From positions 26,902 to 90,901 of the forward strand of contig CALWEL010000003.1 of the NCBI GenBank assembly GCA_944377305.1: a DNA stretch of 64,000 nucleotides, given 5' to 3'. Below, piece after piece: positions 1-10,159 of this stretch. Within the stretch, counting starts at the first letter, position 1, and every line of letters begins with the position of its first letter. The DNA comes from an uncultured Clostridia bacterium. GTDB lineage: Bacteria > Bacillota > Clostridia > Christensenellales > UBA1242. The position numbers were made by a program, and so were the translations under genes. The notes beneath the pieces were generated by a model. The model made no database searches, was not told where the DNA came from, and saw nothing but the letters and a program-made list of their open reading frames with translations.

Positions 1-35
1 TCTAAAAAAGATGTTGAAAAAGTAGGTACAAATAT

Positions 36-353
36 ATGGAAAAGGAACTAAAACAAAGTTATCATTATATGGATTTAAGATACGATTCTACTATTGATGA
101 GATCAAATCAAGACAAAAGATTATGATCAAGATTTTCCGAGCAAAAAGCATCAAGGGTGGAAAATCTTATAAAAATGAAATAGCAAAAGTAAATAATTCC
201 ACCAATAAAATTTTGGCTAATATTAAACAAAATGGAATACCAAAGGCGAGCATTTTCAATTTCTCTTCGACAGTCAATGAAGTGGCAACACTTACTTTTG
301 TCTTGATAATTATGATCATCATTTGCACTGTCACATTTTTGACTTTGTTATAA
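36..353 (+). CDS. hypothetical tail-anchored membrane protein with degenerate J-domain-like N-terminus
   Basis: 105-aa ORF. YHYMDLRYDSTIDEIKSRQKIMIKIF resembles J-domain helices I-II, but no HPD tripeptide is present. C-terminal hydrophobic helix LTFVLIIMIIICTVTFLTLL. Confidence 0.4.
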   Translation: MEKELKQSYHYMDLRYDSTIDEIKSRQKIMIKIFRAKSIKGGKSYKNEIAKVNNSTNKILANIKQNGIPKASIFNFSSTVNEVATLTFVLIIMIIICTVTFLTLL

Positions 354-463
354 TATAGATGAATAAAAAAGTGAACACTGGAATTGAGAAGTATCTAATG
401 TTCAATTTAAAATCAATATTAAATCTTTTGATTGTTTATTGTTGAAACTTTAAAATTATATTT

Positions 464-850
464 TTATATTAAATTCAAAATATTGATTCCTGTCGTTTGA
501 TTCATCCCTACAATATTATAGTTCAATAGACGAGAATACGTCACAGCATCCTCTTGATTTTCATTTATTATTGAGGAGCATAAAAATTGCAGATAATCGG
601 ATATAGGTTGCAGATCCTTTCTTGAAATGGAAATGCACAGTATATCCATTTTTTCTGTCCAATATTTATTCAAATTCAAGATATCATTTTGAATTTTCGG
701 ATCAGTTATTTCGGTAGTCAATAGCGTTTCGTATATCTTTTCGCTATCATTTTCTAGTTTTTCAAAAACTTTTTGTGTATAAATTCCATCCCAAATGCAT
801 AAACCAGTAACAGCAAGAAACAAAATTAAAATAGGTATCCAAACTTTCAT
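464..850 (-). CDS. DUF4363-like small membrane-anchored protein
   Basis: 128-aa ORF with an N-terminal TM helix (IPILILFLAVTGLCIW). 4-nt overlap with the upstream DUF421 gene, a pairing I recall as typical for DUF4363/DUF421. Family call is from memory. Confidence 0.45.
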   Translation of the reverse strand: MKVWIPILILFLAVTGLCIWDGIYTQKVFEKLENDSEKIYETLLTTEITDPKIQNDILNLNKYWTEKMDILCISISRKDLQPISDYLQFLCSSIINENQEDAVTYSRLLNYNIVGMNQTTGINILNLI

Positions 851-1563
851 AATTTCACTTCCTTATTTATGTTTTCAATCAATTTAAAATTTTCACCCTT
901 TTTTTGATAATAAGTTTTTCCTGCGCTATCGAGTGAAAGGATGATTAAATCTTTTATTGTTTTTATTTTTAAATATTCCAAAATTTTGTATAAATCGTTT
1001 TCATTTATACTCAGTTGTTCCATCTCCTCCTTTATAATTTTTCCGTCAGAAATAATGACGTGAGGAAGGTGTGCTGGAGGATTTGATACGTTTACATCTT
1101 TTGCTGTAGCGGGAGAATTGTCGCTTGTAGGTATTACGCTCATTTTCCCATTGGTTTCTATGATAGCATACAATATTTGATCAAAACTATAGAAACCTGC
1201 CTGTCTAATAGATTCAAGCAAATCGTCAATATTCATATTTAGATCTTTAAGCGCCTGATATTCAATTCCTTTCGGACTTATCACGACTACGGGTCGTCCG
1301 CTCATAAATCTTCGAATTTTAATATTTTTTCGTGTTAATATAGTGATAAAAAAGTGTATTAGAACCAAGATTGCAAGAGGTAAAATTCCATTGATCAAAG
1401 GAATATTTGTATCACTCATTGGTAAAGTGGCTAAATCAGCAATGATCAATGTTATAACTACTTCATAGGGTTGCATCTCACCAATCTGACGCTTGCCCAT
1501 TAATCTTAAAAATACTAGAACAGTAATATAAATTATTAATACTCTTATAAAAACTATAAACAT
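847..1563 (-). CDS. YetF/YdfS-type DUF421 membrane protein
   Basis: 238 aa. N-terminal TM segments and the string LRLMGKRQIGEMQPYEVVITLIIADLA are characteristic of DUF421 proteins of spore formers. Confidence 0.7.
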   Translation of the reverse strand: MFIVFIRVLIIYITVLVFLRLMGKRQIGEMQPYEVVITLIIADLATLPMSDTNIPLINGILPLAILVLIHFFITILTRKNIKIRRFMSGRPVVVISPKGIEYQALKDLNMNIDDLLESIRQAGFYSFDQILYAIIETNGKMSVIPTSDNSPATAKDVNVSNPPAHLPHVIISDGKIIKEEMEQLSINENDLYKILEYLKIKTIKDLIILSLDSAGKTYYQKKGENFKLIENINKEVKL

Positions 1564-1668
1564 ACAATAAGTATGTTCAGAGAAAATAAATTTATTCCTT
1601 ATAATTTAATATCGTATTAATAATATCATAGAATATAAAAAATTTAAAATTTTAAAGAAATTGCAATT

Positions 1669-3180
1669 TTAAATAGTATTTTTGCGTTTTTTCTTGATTA
1701 AAGTGATCAATTTTGAAATATCATAGAGATTAAATATCTTGCACAACAATAATGTAAATAGAATGCTTATTCCGCCACCAATACAAGCGGAAATAAAATT
1801 GTTAAATACATTCAAACAAATATTTGATACAAAATGACCTAATAGACTTGTGGGGATAATAATCAAAGCGTATTTCAAGGACAAATTAAACAAATTGAAT
1901 TTGATGTTCGGGATAGATCTTTTTATCATCCTAATGTTTAATGTTGTGATTGTTAGCATTGATAAGAAGAAAGATATAATTATTGAATTTATACCAACCA
2001 ATGGAGTGAAGGCAATTAGACTAATAAATAAAATAACTGATCCAACTATATAATTTAGAAATGATTTCACTTCTTTATTTAGGGCATTAAGAATGCTACC
2101 AGTAAGATTACACAATGTGATTGGGAGAACACATATTGCAGAAAGTTGAAGCAATACGCCAGATAAAGTATTATCATATAGGACGATTCCTATCAAATCT
2201 CCAACAGATAAATAGAGTGGAATAAATATCATACTTATAAAAATTGATACATCAAGTGATTTTGTGATATTTTCTTGAATTGAATCATATTGATTTTTTG
2301 ACATCATTGAACTAATTGAAGGGATAAGCACCATACTGATACTACCAATTATTGCCATAGGCACGAATAGCATAGGGAAGGTCATTCCCATTATGACGCC
2401 AAAGCTAGAGACTGCTTCGCTTGTAGAATAGCCAGATAAAATCAACATATTAGGTATTATAAGAGTTGTCAAAGGTTGGACAAGAGAATTTGCAAGTCTC
2501 ACACCAGTAATAGGTACAGCACTTTTTATTATATTGCGATATTCTCCTTTTTTGAAATTCAATTTTCCTTTTTTAAAATAAATGAAGGCTGTGATTAGGG
2601 CAGATAGCAAACAAGTCAAATTAAATGCAATGGCAGAATATTTTGTTGCTACGAAATAATCTGTAATAGTAAAAAGCATAATGAAAGTAAGAGCAAAGCG
2701 AATTATTTGTTCAATCAATTCAGTCAATCCACAATTGAAATAGTCGTTTTGACCCCACATCGCGCCACGAAATACGGCATATATGGCACTACAAATAATA
2801 GACGGTAGCAGTATGATCAATAATTCCACAGCTCTACTATCTGTTAGAATAATACACCATATAGACTTTAATAGATAAATTACCAAAGATGAGATGGTTG
2901 CTATCACAAGAGCAATAATAAGAGCAGAACTAACGACTTTGTTTCTCTTTTTTAGTTCGGAATTAGCTTCGTATTTTGACACCAATTTTGCAGTGGTTAA
3001 AGGTAGTCCACTTGATATTAGTGTCGTAAATATTCCTAGCACAGATGTTGCCATTTGAAAAAGACCAATACCTTCTGCTCCTAATTTTCTAGTGAGATAG
3101 ATCCTAAAAAAGAAACCCAACAAACGCGTGAACACTGAAAATATTGTAACTACAGCTACTGCTTTAAAAATTGATTTCAT
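1669..3180 (-). CDS. spoVB: SpoVB-type MOP-superfamily flippase (stage V sporulation protein B-like)
   Basis: 503-aa polytopic membrane ORF. N-terminus FTRLLGFFFRIYLTRKLGAEGIGLFQMA matches the signature start of SpoVB/MurJ-like polysaccharide-biosynthesis flippases. Confidence 0.6.
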   Translation of the reverse strand: MKSIFKAVAVVTIFSVFTRLLGFFFRIYLTRKLGAEGIGLFQMATSVLGIFTTLISSGLPLTTAKLVSKYEANSELKKRNKVVSSALIIALVIATISSLVIYLLKSIWCIILTDSRAVELLIILLPSIICSAIYAVFRGAMWGQNDYFNCGLTELIEQIIRFALTFIMLFTITDYFVATKYSAIAFNLTCLLSALITAFIYFKKGKLNFKKGEYRNIIKSAVPITGVRLANSLVQPLTTLIIPNMLILSGYSTSEAVSSFGVIMGMTFPMLFVPMAIIGSISMVLIPSISSMMSKNQYDSIQENITKSLDVSIFISMIFIPLYLSVGDLIGIVLYDNTLSGVLLQLSAICVLPITLCNLTGSILNALNKEVKSFLNYIVGSVILFISLIAFTPLVGINSIIISFFLSMLTITTLNIRMIKRSIPNIKFNLFNLSLKYALIIIPTSLLGHFVSNICLNVFNNFISACIGGGISILFTLLLCKIFNLYDISKLITLIKKKRKNTI

Positions 3181-3426
3181 ATAAAGTATCCTATATAAAT
3201 ATATAAAATTGAGAAAAAATATATACCAAGATTAAATTTTAAATTATTTTCAATTTTTATATTTATTTAAAATTGATTGAATAAAAGTATATTAACAATT
3301 TTAAATTTCTATTAAGGATGTATGATTATTATTTTTACGTCACCAATTTATGTTGACATTCAACTTTCACATACAAATTATGAATTTAAATGTTCACAAA
3401 AATTATGTTTCTGAATATAAATAATT

Positions 3427-3741
3427 ATGGAAATCGTTTTAGCCAAAGAATTTTTATATAGAGTAAAAGAAAATGATACGATACAAAGCCTTTGTTCAAA
3501 ATTTAATACTAGCAAAGCAAAAATAATTAGAAATAATAATAAAATTGATCTATACGCTGGCGAATGGATAAAAATCAAGGTCAATGAATATTTGTCTCAT
3601 TTTGTAAAACCTATGGAGACACTATCAAAAATAGCAAAACAGTATAATGTCTCAATTGAAAAACTAAAAACTGATAATGAATTAAATGAAGAGCGATTAT
3701 ATATAGGGCAGTTGATAAAGATATATAAGGCAAAAGACTAA
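3427..3741 (+). CDS. tandem LysM-domain protein
   Basis: Two LysM-like units: YRVKENDTIQSLCSKFNTSKAKIIRNNN and HFVKPMETLSKIAKQYNVSIEKLKTDNEL...LYIGQLIKI. Confidence 0.7.
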   Translation: MEIVLAKEFLYRVKENDTIQSLCSKFNTSKAKIIRNNNKIDLYAGEWIKIKVNEYLSHFVKPMETLSKIAKQYNVSIEKLKTDNELNEERLYIGQLIKIYKAKD

Positions 3742-3923
3742 AAATTTATAAGGAAACTAAATGATAAAATCTTAGTTAGCAATGAATTTATTGAAGTATT
3801 CAATTTTTGTTTTGCGTTAAAATTCCTAAATTGTTTCATCCTCGTCATCCTAGCAAACGATATGAGGATAAAAATCTTGCAAAATCAATAAAAATGATAT
3901 ATAATTTATTTAATGGAGTACAA

Positions 3924-4670
3924 ATGAACGCAAAAAAAATTTTGAATGATATCAAACAATATAAAAAATTCAAGACTTTGCCGATAAATGATTTTAATTA
4001 TTATTATTTTTCAGAGCAAAGACAAGAATTGAAAGATCTAAAAATTAATCCTACAAAACTAGGCAAATTTGTGAATACAATTCTGAATTCGGACAATTTA
4101 GATATTTTAATAGATACATTTATGAATATTGAACATAAATTTATCTATAGAAGTGAAAGACACGGCATTAAGCATAATCTGAGAGTAGCATTATATGCAT
4201 TTTATTTGTCTAGTAGATTAAAGTTGGATAGATCTGACGTAAAGATTTTGTTATATGCTTGTATGTATCACGATATTGGTAGAGTCAACGATGATGAGGA
4301 TTCAGCTCACGGGGCTAGAAGTGCTCAATTGATTGATAGACTTGATTTAAAAATATCCGAAGAAGAACGAAGAATTTTAAAAACTATAATTACCTGTCAT
4401 TCTTTACCCGACTATCGTTTTCCTGTAATGGCAAAAAAATATTGTTCGAACTGTTATGAAAAATGTGAAAAATTGTATAAGTTATTGAAAGATTCAGACG
4501 CTTTGGATAGAACAAGATTAGAATATCCATATATAAATTTATCTTATCTAAGATTCTCAGAATCAAAATCTTTGGTTCCTCTGAGTTATTTATTAGAATT
4601 CAATTTGAGAAGGAAACTGAAAAGTTTAGATTTGCCAAATAATACTATCGAGCCAGATTTAAAATCATAA
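3924..4670 (+). CDS. HD-domain phosphohydrolase
   Basis: HNLRVALYAFYLS ... LLYACMYHDIGRVNDDEDSAHGARSA gives the H..HD..D pattern. Start moved from the track TTG at 3807 to ATG 3924, which is preceded by GGAG (3915-3918). Confidence 0.6.
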   Translation: MNAKKILNDIKQYKKFKTLPINDFNYYYFSEQRQELKDLKINPTKLGKFVNTILNSDNLDILIDTFMNIEHKFIYRSERHGIKHNLRVALYAFYLSSRLKLDRSDVKILLYACMYHDIGRVNDDEDSAHGARSAQLIDRLDLKISEEERRILKTIITCHSLPDYRFPVMAKKYCSNCYEKCEKLYKLLKDSDALDRTRLEYPYINLSYLRFSESKSLVPLSYLLEFNLRRKLKSLDLPNNTIEPDLKS

Positions 4671-4750
4671 CTAGCACAATGAATCAACGGATGAGACTAT
4701 GGGTATAACATTGGATTTCAAGATTAATATGTTTTGAAATTATTGAAATA

Positions 4751-4787
4751 AAAAAGGAATTATCATTTTTAAATTTAATTCCTTTTT
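4751..4787 (+). terminator. intrinsic terminator after the HD gene
   Basis: aaaaaggaatta / taattccttttt stem followed by a T-run. Confidence 0.6.
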
Positions 4788-5034
4788 AAATTAGTTTCAA
4801 AAATAACAGACAAAGGTTAAATCATTTTGAGACTAGCAGAATAAATAAGAAAAGAGTTCTACTTTTTAGCAGTAAAACTCTTTTTTAATACTTTGAAAAG
4901 TTATAGATAAAGTACCATATTTTTTTAATTTACAGTATTAAACATTAGTGTATGCAATGAAAAATGAAATTTGGCCAACTGATAATTGATAAAAAGTGTT
5001 AAAATATTATAAATATGTGAATAAAAAATAGATC

Positions 5035-5061
5035 GAAAAAAGCACGGAGATTATCCGCGCT
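5035..5061 (-). terminator. intrinsic terminator after the 1,093-aa gene
   Basis: On the minus strand: agcgcgga-taatc-tccgtgct (8 bp including one G-U) followed by a T-run. Lies 30 nt downstream of the stop. Confidence 0.6.
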
Positions 5062-5090
5062 CTTTTGGATTAAAATCAAACATATAATTT

Positions 5091-8000
5091 TTATTTTTTA
5101 TCCGTATTTTTTTGTTGAGTTTCAGATGAAGTGTAGTTTTTGTTTTTTGCATTTGATTGTTTTGTATCCTTGTTTTCAATTTCTTCATTTTCTTTACTGG
5201 AGATCTCAGCATTTCTCATAGTTTCTTGTTGCTCGCGTTCCAATTTTTTCATCAGATTATTTAGATATTGGTCTGATTTTGTAAATTCAATTTCAGACTC
5301 CAATCTGCTAATTGATAGACCAATATTTGCAGATAATTTCTGTTTCTTTTTCATTTCTTTTTGAAGTTTGTTTATTTCTGATTGATCTGCTCGCTTAATC
5401 TTCATTTCTCTTAGTTTTGACAAATCGGATTTATATTCGTCCTCATATTGAGCGCGCTCGATGTGCATAGATTCCAGTTCTTTATGCAATTCTCTTAATT
5501 TTGATTCTCTTAGTGAAATAGCTTTTCTTTGATACAATTGTTTTGAAACTGTACGATTTCTATCATATTCAGTCTTTGACTTTTTGACTGGTTTTTTCCA
5601 TTTAATTTTCCTAACCAACACGCCGACTATTGCAATTATTATAGCTAAAGCAAATAGTATGCTAGATATATAATATAAAATAGTATTATAATCTAAGTCA
5701 TTGCCATCGTCATTATCGTCAGACTCTTCATCATCTGTATTTTCTTCAGTGGTAGTTTGAGTTAGGATTTTAGTATTTGAATTTTCACTTGCATTATCAA
5801 ATTCTGTACTGTCATCCTCGTAGTCAATGAATTCGATTCCTCCGAAAAACACATCTCCTGCAACATTTGCCGAACTACTACCGAGAGATAGTTCGAGATA
5901 TGTTGTTGTATCACTATTTGGCTGAATATAGAACGTATAGATTGACCAATGCCCATCTGACACAATTTGAGTAAAGGTCTCATCAAAACTTGATAATTTA
6001 ATGCTAGCACCCGCTAGGTCATCATCTATAGTTTCGTCCAAGATTTGAAGATTTTGAGTATAAACATAAATGCTTATTTTATAATAATTTCCGCCAGTTA
6101 AATCAAATCCTAATTTAGATGTAAGTGTATAGTATACGTCATCTTGTGCTCTTATTGCCAAGACATTTTTATTATTTGATTGTAAATTTGCAAAGCTAGC
6201 ATAATTGTCACTATTCGCTATTACAGAATTGAAGGATTCGCGATTCGTGAGGTCTACGACTCCATAAGTCACATTCTCATTACTAGAACCTTCAAAATAA
6301 TTTGGAGTAGAGAATGCTGAGTCACTGACTGAACTTATTATATTTTCCAAATCAGTTTTAATTTGATATGTTGAATTGGTAGCTTGTTCAAATTCTGTTG
6401 AAGTAGGCTGAATAGGGTTGTTGAATGTTATATTATCCACATAAACATATCCATATTCAGAATTCGTTGTATCTAGTACAATTTTAACTGACACATCTAT
6501 TGCTTGATAGCCAGTGTATAGATACATTGTGACCGTATGCCAATTCATATCTAAGGTGTTTACAGTGATAGAAGATAATACGACTTCACGCTCATCAATG
6601 GTGCTAACCAATTGTATTTGGGCTGGAGCATTCTGAGTTTGAACTTGAAGTGTGAATTTATAATAGGACCTTGCAGTTAAGCTTTTCGTTTCGCTTCTAT
6701 AACTTTGAATGTCTGCGGTGGAATTGTACATCATCAATACGTTATTGCTTCCATTCACTCCGTAAGGATCACCAGGATTATATAGATTTGAATATTTTGA
6801 TGTGTCTAATTTGCTAAATTCAGTATCTAAAGTGTTGATTACGCCATAGATTTGATTGTGATTTCCTGTATCAACCCTTGTCCAATCAGTAGGTGTAGCA
6901 GGGTATGGAGAAGAGTAGTCAGTAATTTGTACGTCGTTGAAATTGCCGTTGTCTACATATATATCATTGTCAGACCAAATGTAATCTTCAGCCAAATCAA
7001 TAGTTTGAGCGTAAGTTCCAGTTGATACATTATTAAATGTGGAATAATCAACTTTTGTAGTAATAATTGAAGCTATATACATTTTTCCACTAGTAAGGTT
7101 GTCTGCATCTCCTAAACTTACAACCAATTTAAATGTAGTAGATTTGATAGGGCTTGAGCGGACATAGAATGAATACTCTTGATAATCGTTTGAGATATTT
7201 TCACTTTCTCCAGTATTTGAACTGATGGTAATGACTGGTTCGCTTTCTTCAGAGTCAGAATCATCATCACTTGTGTCCAAATTCGTTTGAATCAATTGTA
7301 AAGATGCATTACCATTTAAATCTTTAGTTTTGACGAAGATGCTAACTTTATAAACAGAATTGTGATCAAATTCAAAGAAATTATCGCTAGTTTCGTATTC
7401 AACATAAGTTGCTTTATTGTTTGTAATTCTGAATGCAGAATCAATATTCCCATCGTTTGCTTCTGCGTCTATAGTATTTTCAACCAATTCAGCAGTGGTA
7501 TAATCTGGAGAGTTTTTACTTGATTCGAAATTTGATATTGTAAAAGGATTTGTACTCATATCAAATTCTTCAACCAAATTGTCACGTTCGTCAATATAAA
7601 CATAGGTATTGGATAGTGAAGAGGAATTAAGATTTTCAATATTTCTTTCTAAAGTCTTAGAATTCAATTCAAATGCGGAGATATTGTCAAATAATACTAC
7701 TCCGGATCCGCGTAGATACATTGCCAGTTTCACTTCAATATTTTCAATGTTATTGGTAGTTACAAAGAAAGTGTATGTGGTGTAGTGATTGAGAGAACTT
7801 ATGTTCGTTATGCTGGCATAAATTGAATTGTCTTCTGAGTTCAATAGATAAAGTGCGCCAATACCATTAGTATTAGAGGTATAAACATCTACAGATATTG
7901 AATAATTTTTATTAGCTTCAAGAGAAATTGAATCATTTGTGCTGAAACCGAAATTGGTGTTGTGAGCGATTTCATCATCGGCTGTGTCCCCATCCATTGT

Positions 8001-8372
8001 CTCATCATTTTCTTCATCATCTATAGATAACGTGCTGTCAATCATCAATACATAATTATCACGAAAAGCTTCATCTGTTTTATATTTTGAATATTCATCT
8101 TCAGTAACATTGATGACGCCAGCATTTACACCTGCTGTCTCAGTATCTGAGCTTGAGGTGAACCCTGTAGGATCAAAGGGATACTCACTATCAGGACTGG
8201 AGTCAAAATTTTGATTGGTGATAGTGATTTCGTTTTGACTCTTGTTGTTCACTGCAAAAGCGATGCTATCATAATCTATTAAATTCAGTAAACCGATATT
8301 TGCAAACAAAATTAGAGTTAATGCAGTAATACCACAAATAAAGTTTTTAAATAATTTTCTTCTAGTTTTCAT
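5091..8372 (-). CDS. large type-I membrane surface protein with four CBM-like beta-sandwich repeats and a cytoplasmic coiled-coil tail
   Basis: 1,093-aa ORF with RBS AGAGGT. Signal peptide MKTRRKLFKNFICGITALTLILFANIGLL. Four modules share the pattern Y(K/S)(I/V/F)S(I/V)xVxT ... (W/Y)xxY(T/S)F(F/Y)(V/I) ... hydrophobic-DN(I)xF. Then an acidic stalk, TM ILYYISSILFALAIIIAIVGVLV and a K/E-rich tail of about 190 aa. Confidence 0.8.
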   Translation of the reverse strand: MKTRRKLFKNFICGITALTLILFANIGLLNLIDYDSIAFAVNNKSQNEITITNQNFDSSPDSEYPFDPTGFTSSSDTETAGVNAGVINVTEDEYSKYKTDEAFRDNYVLMIDSTLSIDDEENDETMDGDTADDEIAHNTNFGFSTNDSISLEANKNYSISVDVYTSNTNGIGALYLLNSEDNSIYASITNISSLNHYTTYTFFVTTNNIENIEVKLAMYLRGSGVVLFDNISAFELNSKTLERNIENLNSSSLSNTYVYIDERDNLVEEFDMSTNPFTISNFESSKNSPDYTTAELVENTIDAEANDGNIDSAFRITNNKATYVEYETSDNFFEFDHNSVYKVSIFVKTKDLNGNASLQLIQTNLDTSDDDSDSEESEPVITISSNTGESENISNDYQEYSFYVRSSPIKSTTFKLVVSLGDADNLTSGKMYIASIITTKVDYSTFNNVSTGTYAQTIDLAEDYIWSDNDIYVDNGNFNDVQITDYSSPYPATPTDWTRVDTGNHNQIYGVINTLDTEFSKLDTSKYSNLYNPGDPYGVNGSNNVLMMYNSTADIQSYRSETKSLTARSYYKFTLQVQTQNAPAQIQLVSTIDEREVVLSSITVNTLDMNWHTVTMYLYTGYQAIDVSVKIVLDTTNSEYGYVYVDNITFNNPIQPTSTEFEQATNSTYQIKTDLENIISSVSDSAFSTPNYFEGSSNENVTYGVVDLTNRESFNSVIANSDNYASFANLQSNNKNVLAIRAQDDVYYTLTSKLGFDLTGGNYYKISIYVYTQNLQILDETIDDDLAGASIKLSSFDETFTQIVSDGHWSIYTFYIQPNSDTTTYLELSLGSSSANVAGDVFFGGIEFIDYEDDSTEFDNASENSNTKILTQTTTEENTDDEESDDNDDGNDLDYNTILYYISSILFALAIIIAIVGVLVRKIKWKKPVKKSKTEYDRNRTVSKQLYQRKAISLRESKLRELHKELESMHIERAQYEDEYKSDLSKLREMKIKRADQSEINKLQKEMKKKQKLSANIGLSISRLESEIEFTKSDQYLNNLMKKLEREQQETMRNAEISSKENEEIENKDTKQSNAKNKNYTSSETQQKNTDKK

Positions 8373-8409
8373 TCTAACCTCTTTAATAATTATTGCTATA
8401 AACTAATTT

Positions 8410-8438
8410 ATTATAATATAAATTTAAAAAATTGGCAA
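8410..8438 (-). promoter_or_regulatory. sigmaA-type promoter of the 1,093-aa gene
   Basis: Minus strand reads TTGCCA-17 nt-TATAAT, about 35 nt upstream of the RBS. Confidence 0.5.
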
Positions 8439-8470
8439 ATAAATTTAAGCAAAAAGAGCAATATAACTGT

Positions 8471-8833
8471 ATGAAAAAAGTAAAGAAAGTCTACATAGTT
8501 GTTTTTGGTGCATTAATAGGTATAATCAATGGGTTTTTTGGTGGCGGTGGAGGAATGGTAGTTGTGCCACTGTTGAACAAAATGTTTGGCTTGGAGCAAA
8601 AAAAAGCGCAGGCAACTGCACTTTTTGTCATCTTGCCGATCAGTTTAGTTAGCACAATTGTTTATATGTGTTATCACTCAATAGATTTTATAGAAGGGTG
8701 GCCAGTAATTGTTGGAATAATATTGGGTGGAGTGATAGGGGCACTTCTTTTAAATAAGATAAAAAACAATGTAATAAAAGGGATTTTTATATTTTTTATG
8801 TTGCTCGGTGGTATAGGAATGTTGTTGTGGTGA
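8471..8833 (+). CDS. TauE/SafE (DUF81) half-size membrane transporter subunit
   Basis: Gly-rich TM1 signature GFFGGGGGMVVVPLL and about 4 hydrophobic segments. Start moved to ATG 8471 (MKKVKKVY...). Confidence 0.6.
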   Translation: MKKVKKVYIVVFGALIGIINGFFGGGGGMVVVPLLNKMFGLEQKKAQATALFVILPISLVSTIVYMCYHSIDFIEGWPVIVGIILGGVIGALLLNKIKNNVIKGIFIFFMLLGGIGMLLW

Positions 8834-8837
8834 AAGT

Positions 8838-9254
8838 ATGATTATTTGGGAAATAGTTGCAGGAATTTTAGGAGGAATCATTGGAGGAATGGGAATGGGT
8901 GGCGGAACGCTTACTATCCCTATTCTTACAATTTTTTTATCCTATGCTCAACTTAGTGCACAGGGCATAAATTTAATTGCTTTTTTACCAATGTCGTTAA
9001 TCGCTCTCATCATTCATATAAAAAATCATTTGGTGGCGTTTAAGCAGACTTGGTTACTTGCTCTAGTAGGCTGTATATTTTCGCTGGGCGGAGCAATGCT
9101 TGCCAACCATATTTCAAATTCTGTATTGAAAAAACTGTTTGCGGTGTTTTTAATTGGCCTTGCGGTTTGGCAAATCGTAGAGTTGATAAAATCGAAAAAG
9201 AAAAAATCAGAAGAAGAAAACGAGAGTGAAAGAATCGGTGACACAAGAGGATAA
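8838..9254 (+). CDS. TauE/SafE (DUF81) half-size membrane transporter subunit
   Basis: GGMGMGGGTLTIPIL signature and about 4 hydrophobic segments. Starts 4 nt after the stop of the previous half. Confidence 0.6.
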   Translation: MIIWEIVAGILGGIIGGMGMGGGTLTIPILTIFLSYAQLSAQGINLIAFLPMSLIALIIHIKNHLVAFKQTWLLALVGCIFSLGGAMLANHISNSVLKKLFAVFLIGLAVWQIVELIKSKKKKSEEENESERIGDTRG

Positions 9255-9394
9255 AACGCAAAACTAATATGATGAATAATAGAGCAAATTTATAGAAAGT
9301 ATATTTCTTGTAAAATTTGAAAAAACAGAAAAAATCAATTTTTCAATAAATTTTTTTATTATATAAAAAAATTGAAAGTCTTATTTGATTCTAA

Positions 9395-10159
9395 TTAAAA
9401 TATTTGTATCAAATGTCGAAAAGAATTTAATATACAGCAATGATTGATCACTATATCAATTAGCTTGTATTTTAATTTTTGAGAAATGCTTTGTTCGTTC
9501 GTCTCTTCTTTCAGTTTGTCAAAATAATCAGTTATATCGATGATTTTAGCTACATATTTTTTTGCTTTGTTATATTTTGAATTAATCTTGAAATGATCAA
9601 AAAAGTCTTCGCTATATTTTTGATAATCAGATTTTATATTTTCTAAATTTAAAAATAATTGATTTATATTTATTTCATTCGTATCAAGGTTTATTATGCA
9701 TTTATAAACTGAGTTTATCAAATCCCAATTGGCAGACAATAGATTTTCTATGCTTTTGTTTTGATTGTTCGATAGACTTCTCAATCTGTAAAATTTGTCA
9801 CATTCTAGTGTATAAACTGAGGCTAAAGGATAGTCGGATTTTAAATTTTCGCACACGGTTTCTGCGTCTTTTTTGCTCGGATAGAAAGATACGAATACGT
9901 GATATTTCCCATCGTAATAAACATACCCTGCTCCGTTGAGCATACTGACTGTATTTGCTAGATTGTTTGCTTCGCTATATGACAAAAAAGAACTTATCTC
10001 TACAAAATAAAATTCATCTTTTTTAATCAAATTCGGATATAACATCATTGCGAGCCCTAAGGCAATTAAAATCAAAAAAAACAATAGAAATAGTCTAGAT
10101 TTTTTAGGCGAGTTTATCTTTTTTCTATATTGGCAATAATCAAATTCATACGATTGCAT
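9395..10159 (-). CDS. membrane-anchored protein with SPOR-like domain
   Basis: N-terminal TM (LFLLFFLILIALGLAMMLY). FVEISSFLSYSEANNLANTVSMLNGAGYVYYDGKYHVFVSFYPSKKDAETVCENLKSDY resembles a SPOR-type repeat. Weak call. Confidence 0.4.
   Translation of the reverse strand: MQSYEFDYCQYRKKINSPKKSRLFLLFFLILIALGLAMMLYPNLIKKDEFYFVEISSFLSYSEANNLANTVSMLNGAGYVYYDGKYHVFVSFYPSKKDAETVCENLKSDYPLASVYTLECDKFYRLRSLSNNQNKSIENLLSANWDLINSVYKCIINLDTNEININQLFLNLENIKSDYQKYSEDFFDHFKINSKYNKAKKYVAKIIDITDYFDKLKEETNEQSISQKLKYKLIDIVINHCCILNSFRHLIQIF

Noticed and set aside
4751-4886. Two consecutive terminator-like hairpins (4751-4787 and 4850-4886) that might bracket a small RNA.
   Set aside because: No promoter or conserved structure is visible between them. 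This is more simply tandem termination in a convergent intergenic region.
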